Assembly (NCBI GenBank): GCA_028710135.1
Contig: JAQUSS010000001.1
Location: 14,751 to 78,750 of the forward strand
Direction: 5' to 3'
Length of the DNA stretch: 64,000 nucleotides
Source: Gemmiger sp.
Lineage (GTDB): Bacteria; Bacillota; Clostridia; Oscillospirales; Ruminococcaceae
In this document: one piece after another, positions 37,386 to 46,862 of the stretch
Numbering within the stretch: the stretch's first letter is position 1
Layout: each line of letters begins with the position of its first letter
Translations under genes and position numbers: made by a program
Notes under the pieces: generated by a model
Seen by the model: the letters and a program-made list of their open reading frames with translations, nothing else
What the model was told of the DNA's origin: nothing
Database searches by the model: none

Positions 37386-40193
37386 ATGATGAGGAAACGT
37401 GCTTTATCCCTGTTGCTGGCGGTGGCCATGGTAATGGCAACCGCCATGCCGGCCACGGCCGCCTTGGCGGAGGATGTGCCCGCCGCCACGGAAATTGTGC
37501 AGGAAGCTGCCCCCGATGCCGCCCCTGAAGCGGCCCCGGAAACAACCGAGCCCGCCACCGCCCCGGCGCTTGCCGAGCAAACCCCGCCTGAGGAGCAAAC
37601 CCCGACGGCGGAACCTGCCGCAACCGTGGAGCCTGCCCCGACCGTGGAGCCTGCACCCACGGCGGAACCCACCACCGCCCCGGAACCTGCCGCAACGGTA
37701 GCACCCGCCCCCACGGCAGCGCCTGCCACCGCCGAAACGGCGGCCCAAACCATGGAGGATGCCGCCCTGGCGGTGTACGATGCCGCCGGTTCCTGCGGCA
37801 ACGGCGTGAACTGGGCCTTAAACGGCAATACCTTAACCATCACCGGCCAGGGCGAGATTACCAGCTCCCCCAGTGTTGATAAAAACAGCGTGCACAGCCT
37901 GGTGATTGGCGAGGGCATCACCGGCATCAGCGCCTATGCGTTTGATAGCTTTAAGTCGCTTACCAGCCTCACCCTGCCCAACTCGCTGCAGCGGATGGGC
38001 TTTGGTGCATTTTTGTGGTGCACCGGGCTGAACACCGTGGTTTTGACCAGCGGCTTTATTGGGGAGGCAGCCTTCCTGGGCTGTAGCAACCTGAAAAATG
38101 TCCACGTAAAAAGCGGCGTTACCGGCTTTGGGATGAACACCTTTGAGGGTTGCACGCTGGATAACGTTTATGCAGACGATTTGGGTGCCTGGTGCCGCAC
38201 CTATTTTTGCAGCTATATGTCGAACCCGGCTGAATATTCGGCCAACTTTTACATTGGCGGGCAGCCCGTCACCAACCTGGTGATCCCGAACGGGATTACC
38301 ACCATCTCCGACTATGCGTTTGCCCGCAACAAAACCATCACCAGCGTTACCATACCCGCCAGCGTAACCTCGATTGGCGATTATGCGTTCTACATGAACA
38401 ACAACCTGCAATCGGTTTCCATCCAGGGCAACAACCTTAAGCACGTTGGTGCCGCGGCCTTCTACGGCAACGTAAAGCTGGGCAGCCTGGCGCTGCCCGC
38501 CAGCACCAACTATATTGGCTACCGCGCACTTTCCAACTGCTACGAGCTGAAAAGCCTGGGCCTTGGCAGCGGGATGCGCAACATTGCCGACAATGCCTTT
38601 GATAATACCAACAACATTGCCACCGTCAACTTCCAGGGCTCGCAGGCACAGTGGAGCGCCATCACCTTTGGCAGCAACCTGGGCAACCTGGTTTCGGAAG
38701 CTACCTTGAACGATGGCGGCAAGGCCCCGGCGGCCAAGGTCAACTTTAATGGCACCGGTGCAGGCAACCCCAAGCCCATACCCAACGGCCTTGCGGCGGG
38801 CGCAACCGTAGCCTTTGGCCACTACGAGCAGGACGCAAACGCCGGTAAGGATGCCCTTACCTGGCGGGTGCTGGAGGTACAGGGCGATAAAGCGCTGATT
38901 GTTAGCAGCTATATCTTAGATTACCTGCGCTACTACCCCTCGGTGCTGCAAACCGGCCCGTGGGAGGATAGCGTGATGCGCAGCTGGATGAACGGCGACT
39001 TTTTGAATAACGCCTTCACCGCTGCCGAGAAAAACAGCATCCAGGCCACCAGCCTTGCCAACCCCGCCAACCCGGTGTACGGCACGCCGGGCGGCAACAC
39101 CACCACCGATAAGGTGTTTGCCCTGAGCACCGCCGAAGTGGAAAAATACTTTGATTGCGATGCCGACCGTGCCACCACCGCCACCGCCTATGCCCTGGCG
39201 CAGGGTGCCAAGCTGAGTGGCGGCAACACCGCTGGGTTTTTGGGCGCCGATATGAGCAACCACAGCTTTTGGTGGACGCGCACCCAGGGCGTGTTTGGCT
39301 ACAACGCGGCCTACGTGCACTACACCGGGGCCATCCGGTACGATGGCGCCGCCGGTGCCAACTTTATTTTTGGCGCGCGCCCGGCCCTGTGGGTAAACAC
39401 CAGCGCCCTAACCGTGCAGGAGGATGGCGTGAACGCCTTTGTAAACCGCCTGTACCAAACCTGCCTAAACCGCCCGGCCGATGCCGCCGGTTTTAGCGAC
39501 TGGGTAAACCAGCTGAAAAGCGGGCGGCAAACCGGCAGCAGCGCCGCCTACGGCTTTATCTTCTCGAAAGAATTTAAAAACAAAAACTACTGCAACAACT
39601 GCTATGTAAAGCAGCTTTACCTTGCCTTTTTGGGCCGCCCATCGGATGCCGCCGGCCTGAAGGACTGGGTAAACCAGCTGGAAAATGGCAAAACCCGCGA
39701 GGAAGTTTTTAACGGCTTTGCGCTGAGCAACGAGTTCCGCAACCTGTGCGCGAAGTACGGCATTCAACTGGGCAACGGCACGGCGGTGCCGCAATATGGC
39801 ACCGTGCCCCACGGCCCCTGCGCGAACGATGGCACGGTGGATGGCGTTACCGCCTTTGTTACCCGGCTGTACAAGGTTTGCCTGAACCGCGCCCCCGATG
39901 CCGCCGGCCTGAAGGACTGGACGAACAATTTGTGGGACCATAAAAAGAGTGGCCGCGATGTATCGTTTGGCTTCATCTTCTCCGACGAGTTCCAGAGAAA
40001 GAAGTTCAGCAATGCCGATTACGTGGAGTATATGTACAAAGCCTTCTTCGACCGCCCCTCCGATGCACCGGGCAAGGCCGATTGGGTTGGCAAGCTGAAC
40101 GGCGGTGCCAGCCGTGAGGCAATTTTCAACGGCTTTGTGGGCAGCCAAGAGTTTAATAAGCTTTGCCAAAAATACGGCATTGTGCGTGGCTAA
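37386..40193 (+). CDS. Secreted surface protein: signal peptide, P/A/E/T-rich linker, BspA-type LRRs, DUF6273-like domain, two DUF4214-like repeats
   Basis: MRKRALSLLLAVAM...ALA signal; (T/S)IxDYAF LRRs; FGHYEQ...WRVL...DKVFALS...WWTRT...GARPALWV; FVxRLYxxCLNRxxDAAG twice. Confidence 0.88.
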   Translation: MMRKRALSLLLAVAMVMATAMPATAALAEDVPAATEIVQEAAPDAAPEAAPETTEPATAPALAEQTPPEEQTPTAEPAATVEPAPTVEPAPTAEPTTAPEPAATVAPAPTAAPATAETAAQTMEDAALAVYDAAGSCGNGVNWALNGNTLTITGQGEITSSPSVDKNSVHSLVIGEGITGISAYAFDSFKSLTSLTLPNSLQRMGFGAFLWCTGLNTVVLTSGFIGEAAFLGCSNLKNVHVKSGVTGFGMNTFEGCTLDNVYADDLGAWCRTYFCSYMSNPAEYSANFYIGGQPVTNLVIPNGITTISDYAFARNKTITSVTIPASVTSIGDYAFYMNNNLQSVSIQGNNLKHVGAAAFYGNVKLGSLALPASTNYIGYRALSNCYELKSLGLGSGMRNIADNAFDNTNNIATVNFQGSQAQWSAITFGSNLGNLVSEATLNDGGKAPAAKVNFNGTGAGNPKPIPNGLAAGATVAFGHYEQDANAGKDALTWRVLEVQGDKALIVSSYILDYLRYYPSVLQTGPWEDSVMRSWMNGDFLNNAFTAAEKNSIQATSLANPANPVYGTPGGNTTTDKVFALSTAEVEKYFDCDADRATTATAYALAQGAKLSGGNTAGFLGADMSNHSFWWTRTQGVFGYNAAYVHYTGAIRYDGAAGANFIFGARPALWVNTSALTVQEDGVNAFVNRLYQTCLNRPADAAGFSDWVNQLKSGRQTGSSAAYGFIFSKEFKNKNYCNNCYVKQLYLAFLGRPSDAAGLKDWVNQLENGKTREEVFNGFALSNEFRNLCAKYGIQLGNGTAVPQYGTVPHGPCANDGTVDGVTAFVTRLYKVCLNRAPDAAGLKDWTNNLWDHKKSGRDVSFGFIFSDEFQRKKFSNADYVEYMYKAFFDRPSDAPGKADWVGKLNGGASREAIFNGFVGSQEFNKLCQKYGIVRG

Positions 40194-40269
40194 CACCCAC
40201 CAAAAAATCGCCGCCCCCCTACCCCCGGGTAGGCATCCCCCGCCATTTTAACAACAAACGCAAACCCTA

Positions 40270-40334
40270 AAACAGGGCGGTTGCCGCTTCCGTTCTACCT
40301 TGTGGTAGAAGGATGGCGGCAACCGCCCTGTTAT
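40270..40334. terminator. Bidirectional terminator hairpin
   Basis: AACAGGGCGGTTGCCGC...GCGGCAACCGCCCTGTT between convergent genes. Confidence 0.75.
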
Positions 40335-40342
40335 TTATTATC

Positions 40343-40381
40343 AAAAGTCTTTGCCAGGCTTTCTTCAGAAAGCCGCGTATC
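40343..40381 (-). repeat. 39-bp dispersed palindromic repeat, copy 2
   Basis: Reverse complement GATACGCGGCTTTCTGAAGAAAGCCTGGCAAAGACTTTT. Confidence 0.8.
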
Positions 40382-40397
40382 TCCAGCTCGCGCAGGC

Positions 40398-41888
40398 TTA
40401 GGCGAACGGGTTCTCGGTGGGGTAGGGCAGGCTCTTGGGCTGGTTGTAGGCAATATCGCCCACGCCCAGGAACTTAAATACCTCGTACAGGGCGCTGCCG
40501 CAATGGGTAAAGGCCACCGCACCGTGGTGCGGGTACCGTTTTTGCACCAGCACATGGCGGTAGAAGCGGCCCATCTCCGGGATGGCGAACACCGCAATGC
40601 CGCCAAAGCTGCGGGTGGCAACCGGCAAAATTTCGCCCTGTGCAATGTAGGAGCGCAGGTTGCCCTCGCTATCACACTGCAACCGGTAGAAGGTGATGGG
40701 CGAGGGGGCAATATCCCCCTCCAGGGTGCCGCGGGTAAAATCGGGGTCGCTGCCCTGTGGCTCCAGCAACCGGTGCTGGATAAGCTGGTACTTGATGGCA
40801 CGGTCGGCACACATTTTGCAGCTGGGCGTGTTGCCGCAGTGGAAGCCCATAAACGTATCCGTCAGGTTATAGCTAAATTTGCCCGCGATATCCTCATCGT
40901 AAATATACTGGGGCACACTATTGTTGATATCCAGCAGGGTGACCGTATCGCCCGAGGCACACATCCCGATATACTCCGACAATGCGCCGTAGATATCCAC
41001 CTCGCACGAAACCGGGATGCCACGGCTGGCAAGGCGGCTGTTCACATAGCAGGGCTCAAACCCAAACTGGCTGGGGAAGGCGGGCCAGCACTTATCGGCA
41101 AACGCAACATACTCGCGGCTGCCCTTGTGGGCCTCGGCCCAATCCAGCAGGGTCAGCTCAAACTGGGCCATCCGCTTGCTCATCTCGGGGTAGAATTTGC
41201 CCGCGCCCATCTCGGCGGCCATATCGGCACAAACGGCCTCGATGCGGGGGTCGCCCTCATGCTCTTTGTAGCTTACTAGTAGGTCCAGCTCGCTGTTTTC
41301 CTCAACCTCCACGCCCAGCTCGTACAGCCCCTTGATGGGGGCGTTGCAGGCGAAAAAGTCCTGCGGGCGGGGGCCAAAGGTGATAATCTTCAAGTTGCGC
41401 AGCCCCAGCACGGTGCGGGCAATGGGCACAAAAGCGGCCATTTTATCGGCCAGCTCCTCGGCGGTGCCGATGGGGTATTCGGGGATATACCCCTTGAGGT
41501 GGCGCATCCCTAAGTTGTAGGAGCAGTTCAGCATCCCGCAATAGGCATCGCCACGGCCATTAATCATGTCGCCATCGCCCTCGGCGGCAGCCACAAACAT
41601 ACAGGGGCCATCAAAAAACTTGGCAATCAGGGTTTCGGGGGTTTCGGGGCCAAAGTTGCCCAAAAACACCGTCAGGGCGTTGCAGCCCGCGGCCTTTACC
41701 TCGGCCACCGCGGCCAGCATATCCTTTTCGTTTTCCACCGTGGTTTTGGCCTCGTAAACGGCCAGGTTTTTGGCGGCGCAGGCGGCCACAACCGCGGCGC
41801 GGCGCTTTTCGGAGAGCTGAATCGGGAAACAGTCGCGGCTTACGGCCACTAGGCCAAGCTTCACTTGGGGTATATTGGTTGATTTCAT
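40398..41888 (-). CDS. L-fucose/L-arabinose isomerase family protein
   Basis: VSRDCFP, FLGNFGPE, RGDAYCG, VSCEVD, FHCGN, YPHHGAV; AAGGAG RBS. Confidence 0.85.
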   Translation of the reverse strand: MKSTNIPQVKLGLVAVSRDCFPIQLSEKRRAAVVAACAAKNLAVYEAKTTVENEKDMLAAVAEVKAAGCNALTVFLGNFGPETPETLIAKFFDGPCMFVAAAEGDGDMINGRGDAYCGMLNCSYNLGMRHLKGYIPEYPIGTAEELADKMAAFVPIARTVLGLRNLKIITFGPRPQDFFACNAPIKGLYELGVEVEENSELDLLVSYKEHEGDPRIEAVCADMAAEMGAGKFYPEMSKRMAQFELTLLDWAEAHKGSREYVAFADKCWPAFPSQFGFEPCYVNSRLASRGIPVSCEVDIYGALSEYIGMCASGDTVTLLDINNSVPQYIYDEDIAGKFSYNLTDTFMGFHCGNTPSCKMCADRAIKYQLIQHRLLEPQGSDPDFTRGTLEGDIAPSPITFYRLQCDSEGNLRSYIAQGEILPVATRSFGGIAVFAIPEMGRFYRHVLVQKRYPHHGAVAFTHCGSALYEVFKFLGVGDIAYNQPKSLPYPTENPFA

Positions 41889-42067
41889 AGCGCAAACTCC
41901 TTATAATCGTTAGTACAGGTTCCGTTTCGCCCGTGGGTGCGGGCATCCTGTATTCATTTTACCATACAAGTGTCAAATTGCAACCCCAAATCTGTACGAA
42001 CAAGTTGTATGTTTTTTCGGCATCTTGCCATGTACGCCGGTGCCGAACCAAAACCGGGAGGTTTACG

Positions 42068-43063
42068 ATGGAAATAGTTTTTTACGATACCCGTGATTAC
42101 GACCATCTCTATTTTGATGTGTTGGCGGCTGACCCGGAATATGGCTGCCACATCCACTTTTTATCGGCGGGGTTGGATGTGGATACCGCCCCCCTTGCCA
42201 AGGGCGGGGATGCGGTTTGCGCGTTTGTAAACTCCGATTGCAGCGCCCCCGTGCTGGAATGCCTGGCCCAGCAGGGCATACGCCTGCTGCTGATGCGGTG
42301 CGCGGGCTATAACAATGTAGATTTGGCGGCGGCCAAGCGGTGCGGCATTACGGTGTTGCGGGTGCCCGGCTACAGCCCCGAGGCCGTGGCCGAGCACGCC
42401 ATGGCGCTGGCGCTGGCCACCAACCGGCGCATTTGCAAGGCGTATGTAAAGGTGCGCAACAACAATTTTGCGCTGGATGGGCTGCTGGGGTACAATTTGT
42501 ACGGTTCCAGCGCGGGGATTGTGGGCACCGGGCGGATTGGCGCCGCCATGGCCAAAATTTGCCACGGCTTTGGGATGACCGTGCTTGCCTACGACCAATA
42601 CCATAACCCCGCACTGGAGGGGATTGCCCGCTACCTGCCCCTGGACGAGCTGCTGCGCAGCAGCGATTTGATTAGCCTGCACTGCCCCCTAACCGCCGAA
42701 ACCCACCACATGATCAACGAAAAAAGCATTGCCCAAATGCGAGATTCGGCCATTTTGGTAAACACCAGCCGAGGCGGGCTGATTGATACCGATGCCCTGA
42801 TTGCCGCGCTGCGCCAGCACAAGTTTGCCGGGGTGGGCCTAGATGTGTACGAGGACGAAAACGGCCAGGTGTTTGAGGACCTTTCCAACGATGTGCTGGA
42901 GAACGAGGTGGTGCCCATACTGCTAAGCTTCCCGAACGTGGTGGTAACCAGCCACCAGGGCTTTTTTACCCGCACAGCCCTGCAAAGCATTGCGATTGTA
43001 ACCATGGAAAACGCCCGCGCCTTTGGCCGTGGCGACGCGCTGGCCAATGAGGTTATTGGCTGA
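42068..43063 (+). CDS. D-isomer 2-hydroxyacid dehydrogenase (D-lactate dehydrogenase-like)
   Basis: RCAGYNNVD, YSPEAVAEH, GTGRIG, SLHCPL, NTSRG, LDVYE, TSHQGF; GGGAGG RBS. Confidence 0.92.
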   Translation: MEIVFYDTRDYDHLYFDVLAADPEYGCHIHFLSAGLDVDTAPLAKGGDAVCAFVNSDCSAPVLECLAQQGIRLLLMRCAGYNNVDLAAAKRCGITVLRVPGYSPEAVAEHAMALALATNRRICKAYVKVRNNNFALDGLLGYNLYGSSAGIVGTGRIGAAMAKICHGFGMTVLAYDQYHNPALEGIARYLPLDELLRSSDLISLHCPLTAETHHMINEKSIAQMRDSAILVNTSRGGLIDTDALIAALRQHKFAGVGLDVYEDENGQVFEDLSNDVLENEVVPILLSFPNVVVTSHQGFFTRTALQSIAIVTMENARAFGRGDALANEVIG

Positions 43064-43100
43064 TTTTTTGGGGGGAGGTTTCGCAATAGAAACAGTGTGG

Positions 43101-44030
43101 CTAAATGCGCGGTGGTGCGGGCCGCTGCTGCCGCAAAAAAGCGACCGCCCCGACCATACCCGCCTGATTGCGCAGCTTGGCGGCCCGAAGCGCCAGCCCC
43201 TGCCCAAAAGCGGGCATAACGGATGCTTTTACCTGCGCAGCCAAGGGGTCAATCAGCAGCTTTTGCTGCACGGAAACGCCGCCGCCAATAAGAACAAGCT
43301 CCGGGTTCAGCAGATGAACCAACCCGCAAAGGCCCGCCGCAATCTCCGCAATCCAGCCGGAAAGCAGCGCCTGTGCGCCGGGGTCGCCAGCCTCTGCCGC
43401 GTCAAAAACCGATTTTCCACTGTTCCATTTCGGGTTTTGTGCGCTTGCCTGGCGTACCAACGCAGAAACCGAGGCATATTGCTCCCAACAGCCGCGCGCG
43501 CCGCAGGTACAGGCCACACCGTCGATGGCATGGGTCGGCATATGCCCAATCTCCCCGGCAAGGCCGTGCGCCCCACCCAGCAGCCTTCCCCCTGATAAAA
43601 TGCCACCGCCGATACCGGTGCCCAGCGTCAGGCAGATCACATTTTTGTACCCCTTTGCCGCGCCCACCCATGCCTCGCCCATGCACATACAGTTTCCATC
43701 GTTGGCAACCGAAACCGGCAAGTGCGTTTCTGCCCGCAGGGTGGCCTGAATGTCCGTGCCGCACCAGCCGGGCAGGTTTCCGCAAGTGCCGCACACCCTA
43801 CCGGTGGCCGAATCAATCTGGCCGGTAGCCGATACGCCGATGCCGCAAATTTCGGGATGCGCCGCCCACAGCAACCGCACCGCACGGCGCACACTTTCTA
43901 TAATGGGGGTTTGGTATCCATCCTGCGCAACACTTTTTTGCGTAAAACCTGTAACGCGGCCGGTTTCATCCACCACACCCAGCTTTACGGCGCTGCCGCC
44001 GATATCCACACCCAAATATTGTTGCATCAC
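43101..44030 (-). CDS. ROK family sugar kinase (NanK/Glk-like)
   Basis: GVDIGG, LTLGTGIGGG, AGEIGH, CTCGARGCWE; overlaps nanE. Confidence 0.92.
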   Translation of the reverse strand: MMQQYLGVDIGGSAVKLGVVDETGRVTGFTQKSVAQDGYQTPIIESVRRAVRLLWAAHPEICGIGVSATGQIDSATGRVCGTCGNLPGWCGTDIQATLRAETHLPVSVANDGNCMCMGEAWVGAAKGYKNVICLTLGTGIGGGILSGGRLLGGAHGLAGEIGHMPTHAIDGVACTCGARGCWEQYASVSALVRQASAQNPKWNSGKSVFDAAEAGDPGAQALLSGWIAEIAAGLCGLVHLLNPELVLIGGGVSVQQKLLIDPLAAQVKASVMPAFGQGLALRAAKLRNQAGMVGAVAFLRQQRPAPPRI

Positions 44031-44743
44031 TTGTTTTCTCCCGCCTGCGCCCGGATTGCGCCGACAAAGCGCGCCGTAATCTCCGCCGGGCGGGTGATGG
44101 CCCCACCCACCACCACGGCATGGGCGCCGGCCTGCATGGCGGCACAGGCAATTTCAGGCGAATGAATGTGCCCTTCCGCAATCACCGGTACCGGGCAGCG
44201 CTGCGCCAGCGTGTGAATAAACGAGATATCTGTTTCGCCGCAGGCCTGCGTTTGCGGGGTATAGCCACGCATGGTGGTTCCGACCAAATCGGCCCCCGCT
44301 GCGGCACAGGATAGGCCTTCTTCCATCGTGGCAATATCCGCCATCACAATCTGGTTCGGGTATTTTGCTTTCACCTCCCGCAGGAATGCAGCGGCATCCT
44401 TTCCATCCGGCCTGCGTTCCGAAGTGCCCTGCACGGCCAAAATATCTACCCCGCAGGCAACCAGTGCATCCACCTCCGCCATGGAAGTGGTGATGTAGAT
44501 GCCGGTACCGGGGTACTCCTTTTTGATAATGCCAATCACAGGTAGCTCCACCACCGCCTTAATCTGGCGAATATCGCACACCGTGTTGGCGCGTATGCCC
44601 ACCGCACCGCCTTCGGCCGCCGCTTTTGCCATAAGCGGCATGATACCACCCTCCGGCCGATAGAGCGGTTCCGTTTCCAGCGCCTGGCAGGAAACAATCA
44701 GCCCATGGTGAATTTTTGCAAGCAATGTTTGTAATTTCAGCAT
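44027..44743 (-). CDS. nanE: N-acetylmannosamine-6-phosphate 2-epimerase
   Basis: GLIVSCQA, GIRAN, PVIGIIKK, VGTTMRGYT, IAEG, VVVGGAITRP. Confidence 0.93.
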   Translation of the reverse strand: MLKLQTLLAKIHHGLIVSCQALETEPLYRPEGGIMPLMAKAAAEGGAVGIRANTVCDIRQIKAVVELPVIGIIKKEYPGTGIYITTSMAEVDALVACGVDILAVQGTSERRPDGKDAAAFLREVKAKYPNQIVMADIATMEEGLSCAAAGADLVGTTMRGYTPQTQACGETDISFIHTLAQRCPVPVIAEGHIHSPEIACAAMQAGAHAVVVGGAITRPAEITARFVGAIRAQAGENK

Positions 44744-44796
44744 ATTTTCTCTTTTCTGCCGCTTTAGGCAACGGCGTTTTGTGTTCCCCTGTTGAC

Positions 44797-44836
44797 AAAT
44801 CCGAGCGGAGGATTTTCTTCCTCCGCTCGGATTTTT
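44797..44836. terminator. Strong hairpin between the FAD oxidoreductase gene and nanE
   Basis: AAATCCGAGCGGAGGA...TCCTCCGCTCGGATTT. Confidence 0.65.
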
Positions 44837-46194
44837 TATCGCATTTCGCCCAAATTTTCCCGCAGGTGGGTACCGTCCACCCGGTTCAGCGGGATTTTAT
44901 TTTTTTGAGCAAGGGCACAGGCGGCCCCGGCGGCCTGCCCCATATCAATCACCGTGGGCAAAATTCGGATGCTAGCCTGCATCAGGAAGGTAGCCGATAT
45001 ACATCTGCCCGCAACCACCAGGTTTTCCACTTGCCGGCAAATCATGCTGCGGTACGGAATCTCGTAGTAATCGCCGTCCCGATAGTTGTTCTGATGAAAC
45101 AGGCCTTTGGTGGCGGAATGCACATCAATATACCAATCCCCGCGCGCTACGCCGTCTGCAAAACGCGCCTGCTGGGTATAATCCTCCTCGGTAAGGCAAT
45201 ACACCCCGTTGAGCCTCCACGATTCCCGCACGCCGAGCATACTGGCCTCCTGCAGCAAAAAGGAATGCTCGAAGCCGGGCATCTTTTTTTGCAAAAAAAG
45301 TACCAACCGATGAATCATCTGCCGCCCCTCCGTGATAGCACGGGAGCGCGCCATGGCCGAGGTGTTTTTCGTTAGGGTTGCCAGATGCGGGCAGTTGAAC
45401 GACAGGCAACCCGGCTTTCCGGGTAGGCTGAATGTTTGATAATACCGCAAATCCTCCGGGTGAAGCAGACCTTCGGCCACGCCCGCCTGAAACAGCGGTT
45501 CCAGCACAAAGTTGCGCCCGCCCACCATGGCGGATTCATAATATTCCCCCTGCGTGAAAATGGAATAGGTATCCCCAAGAGAAAACACATATTTTCGGTA
45601 GGCCTCGATGTCGATGCCGCCCATTTCAAAACGCAGCGAGGACATCTGGTTGTTCCCGTTTTCGTCTCCGGCGTCAACAGGCGCCCCGGCAGCGTGCGCA
45701 AGCACCGCATCCCCGCTTGCATCCACATACTGCTTGCCATAAACGGCACACAAGCCCTGCGCGGTAGCCAAAATAAGGCACTGAATCTGTGCCTGCTCCA
45801 CAAGGCAATCGCAGAGGGCGGCATCGTACAAGATTTCACCACCTGCTTCGAGGTAAAGCTCCTCGATCGACTGTGCCATTGTTTCCGCATTAAACCAGCG
45901 CATTTCGGTGCCGATGCTATCTCGAACAACACACCCGTGCTGTTTTAAGCGGTTCTCTATGGCATAAAAATTGCTGTAATGCCCGGTAAAAGATTTCATC
46001 ATGGGGGTAACGAGGGCATTGGTACAGGTACCGCCCAAGCGAATGCTTTTTTCCACCAGCATCGTTCGGCAGCCGCCTTGGGCGGCACAGATGCCGGCGG
46101 ACACCCCTGTACTGCCGCCCCCAACAATGACCGTATCATAGCAGCCCAGCACCGGGATTGTATGCCCTGCGTATACCATTGTGGCTTCGTTCAT
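44836..46194 (-). CDS. FAD-dependent oxidoreductase (FAD_oxidored-like)
   Basis: YDTVIVGGG, YVDASGDA, GVRES, YEIPYRSM, NLVVAGRCIS, MGQAAG. Start moved to MNEATM (ATGA overlap, AAGGAG RBS). Confidence 0.9.
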   Translation of the reverse strand: MNEATMVYAGHTIPVLGCYDTVIVGGGSTGVSAGICAAQGGCRTMLVEKSIRLGGTCTNALVTPMMKSFTGHYSNFYAIENRLKQHGCVVRDSIGTEMRWFNAETMAQSIEELYLEAGGEILYDAALCDCLVEQAQIQCLILATAQGLCAVYGKQYVDASGDAVLAHAAGAPVDAGDENGNNQMSSLRFEMGGIDIEAYRKYVFSLGDTYSIFTQGEYYESAMVGGRNFVLEPLFQAGVAEGLLHPEDLRYYQTFSLPGKPGCLSFNCPHLATLTKNTSAMARSRAITEGRQMIHRLVLFLQKKMPGFEHSFLLQEASMLGVRESWRLNGVYCLTEEDYTQQARFADGVARGDWYIDVHSATKGLFHQNNYRDGDYYEIPYRSMICRQVENLVVAGRCISATFLMQASIRILPTVIDMGQAAGAACALAQKNKIPLNRVDGTHLRENLGEMR

Positions 46195-46856
46195 ATTGCT
46201 TCTCCTTTCGGAAGGCCCCCGCAGGCAGCCTTGCATTCTGCCTGCAGGCGGTCCATCCACACGCAAAAATCCGCGTAGGAACGGTTTTCCCGGCAGCAAA
46301 TCAGCATATAATCCATCGCTTTCGGGGCAACCTCCGCATGGCAAAACGCCTTGCTGAAGGCAAACGCCGCAATTTCGCTCATGCGGCAAACCCGGTTTTG
46401 CACCGAGAAGATACCCAAAAACCTTTTTTGCACCGGCGGACATTGCTCCTCCGTGCGGTGGCCGGAGGCGTATTCGAGGTAATGGTAAAATTCATGCGCC
46501 AAAAACATGGCCTCTACCTTTTTGGGCGGGATGGGGCAAGGCGTTTTGGCCATTGCCGCACTGAGCTTTTCGGCCATGGGCAAAAAGAGATCGACCTGCC
46601 GGTGGGTTCCGTCGTAGAGGATTTGCGAGTGTAAGTCGCCACCGGCGCTATCCGAAAACCGCCGCACGGCAACGCCGCCCCGGGTAAGGATGGCCTCAAG
46701 ATCCTGCCCGGCATAGGTTTGGGCCGCGCGTTGCCCGGCCCGCTGCGCTGTTGTTAGGTAAAGCGCGCGTTGTTCCGGCGGAATGCGGGGGTAGCTTGGA
46801 TCCTCCTTCAATTCTGCAAAGCTGAGCACCTCTTGTGGAATCTGTGTAATTTCCAT
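46191..46856 (-). CDS. Hypothetical protein with an HExxH motif (zincin-like)
   Basis: MFLAHEFYHYLE with a later SEIAAFAF; operonic spacing. Confidence 0.75.
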   Translation of the reverse strand: MEITQIPQEVLSFAELKEDPSYPRIPPEQRALYLTTAQRAGQRAAQTYAGQDLEAILTRGGVAVRRFSDSAGGDLHSQILYDGTHRQVDLFLPMAEKLSAAMAKTPCPIPPKKVEAMFLAHEFYHYLEYASGHRTEEQCPPVQKRFLGIFSVQNRVCRMSEIAAFAFSKAFCHAEVAPKAMDYMLICCRENRSYADFCVWMDRLQAECKAACGGLPKGEAI

Positions 46857-46862
46857 GCGTGC

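Noticed and set aside
38800-39410. Diversity-generating retroelement
   Set aside because: No reverse transcriptase, accessory gene or template repeat in the window.
40398-41888. Gene symbol fucI or araA
   Set aside because: The family is recognisable but the substrate is not; no fucose or arabinose pathway genes are adjacent.
43101-44743. Complete sialic acid (nan) operon
   Set aside because: No nanA, sialidase or recognisable sialic acid transporter in the window.
46195-46443. Extension of the FAD oxidoreductase
   Set aside because: It overlaps the upstream gene; the ATGA-coupled start at 46194 has an RBS.
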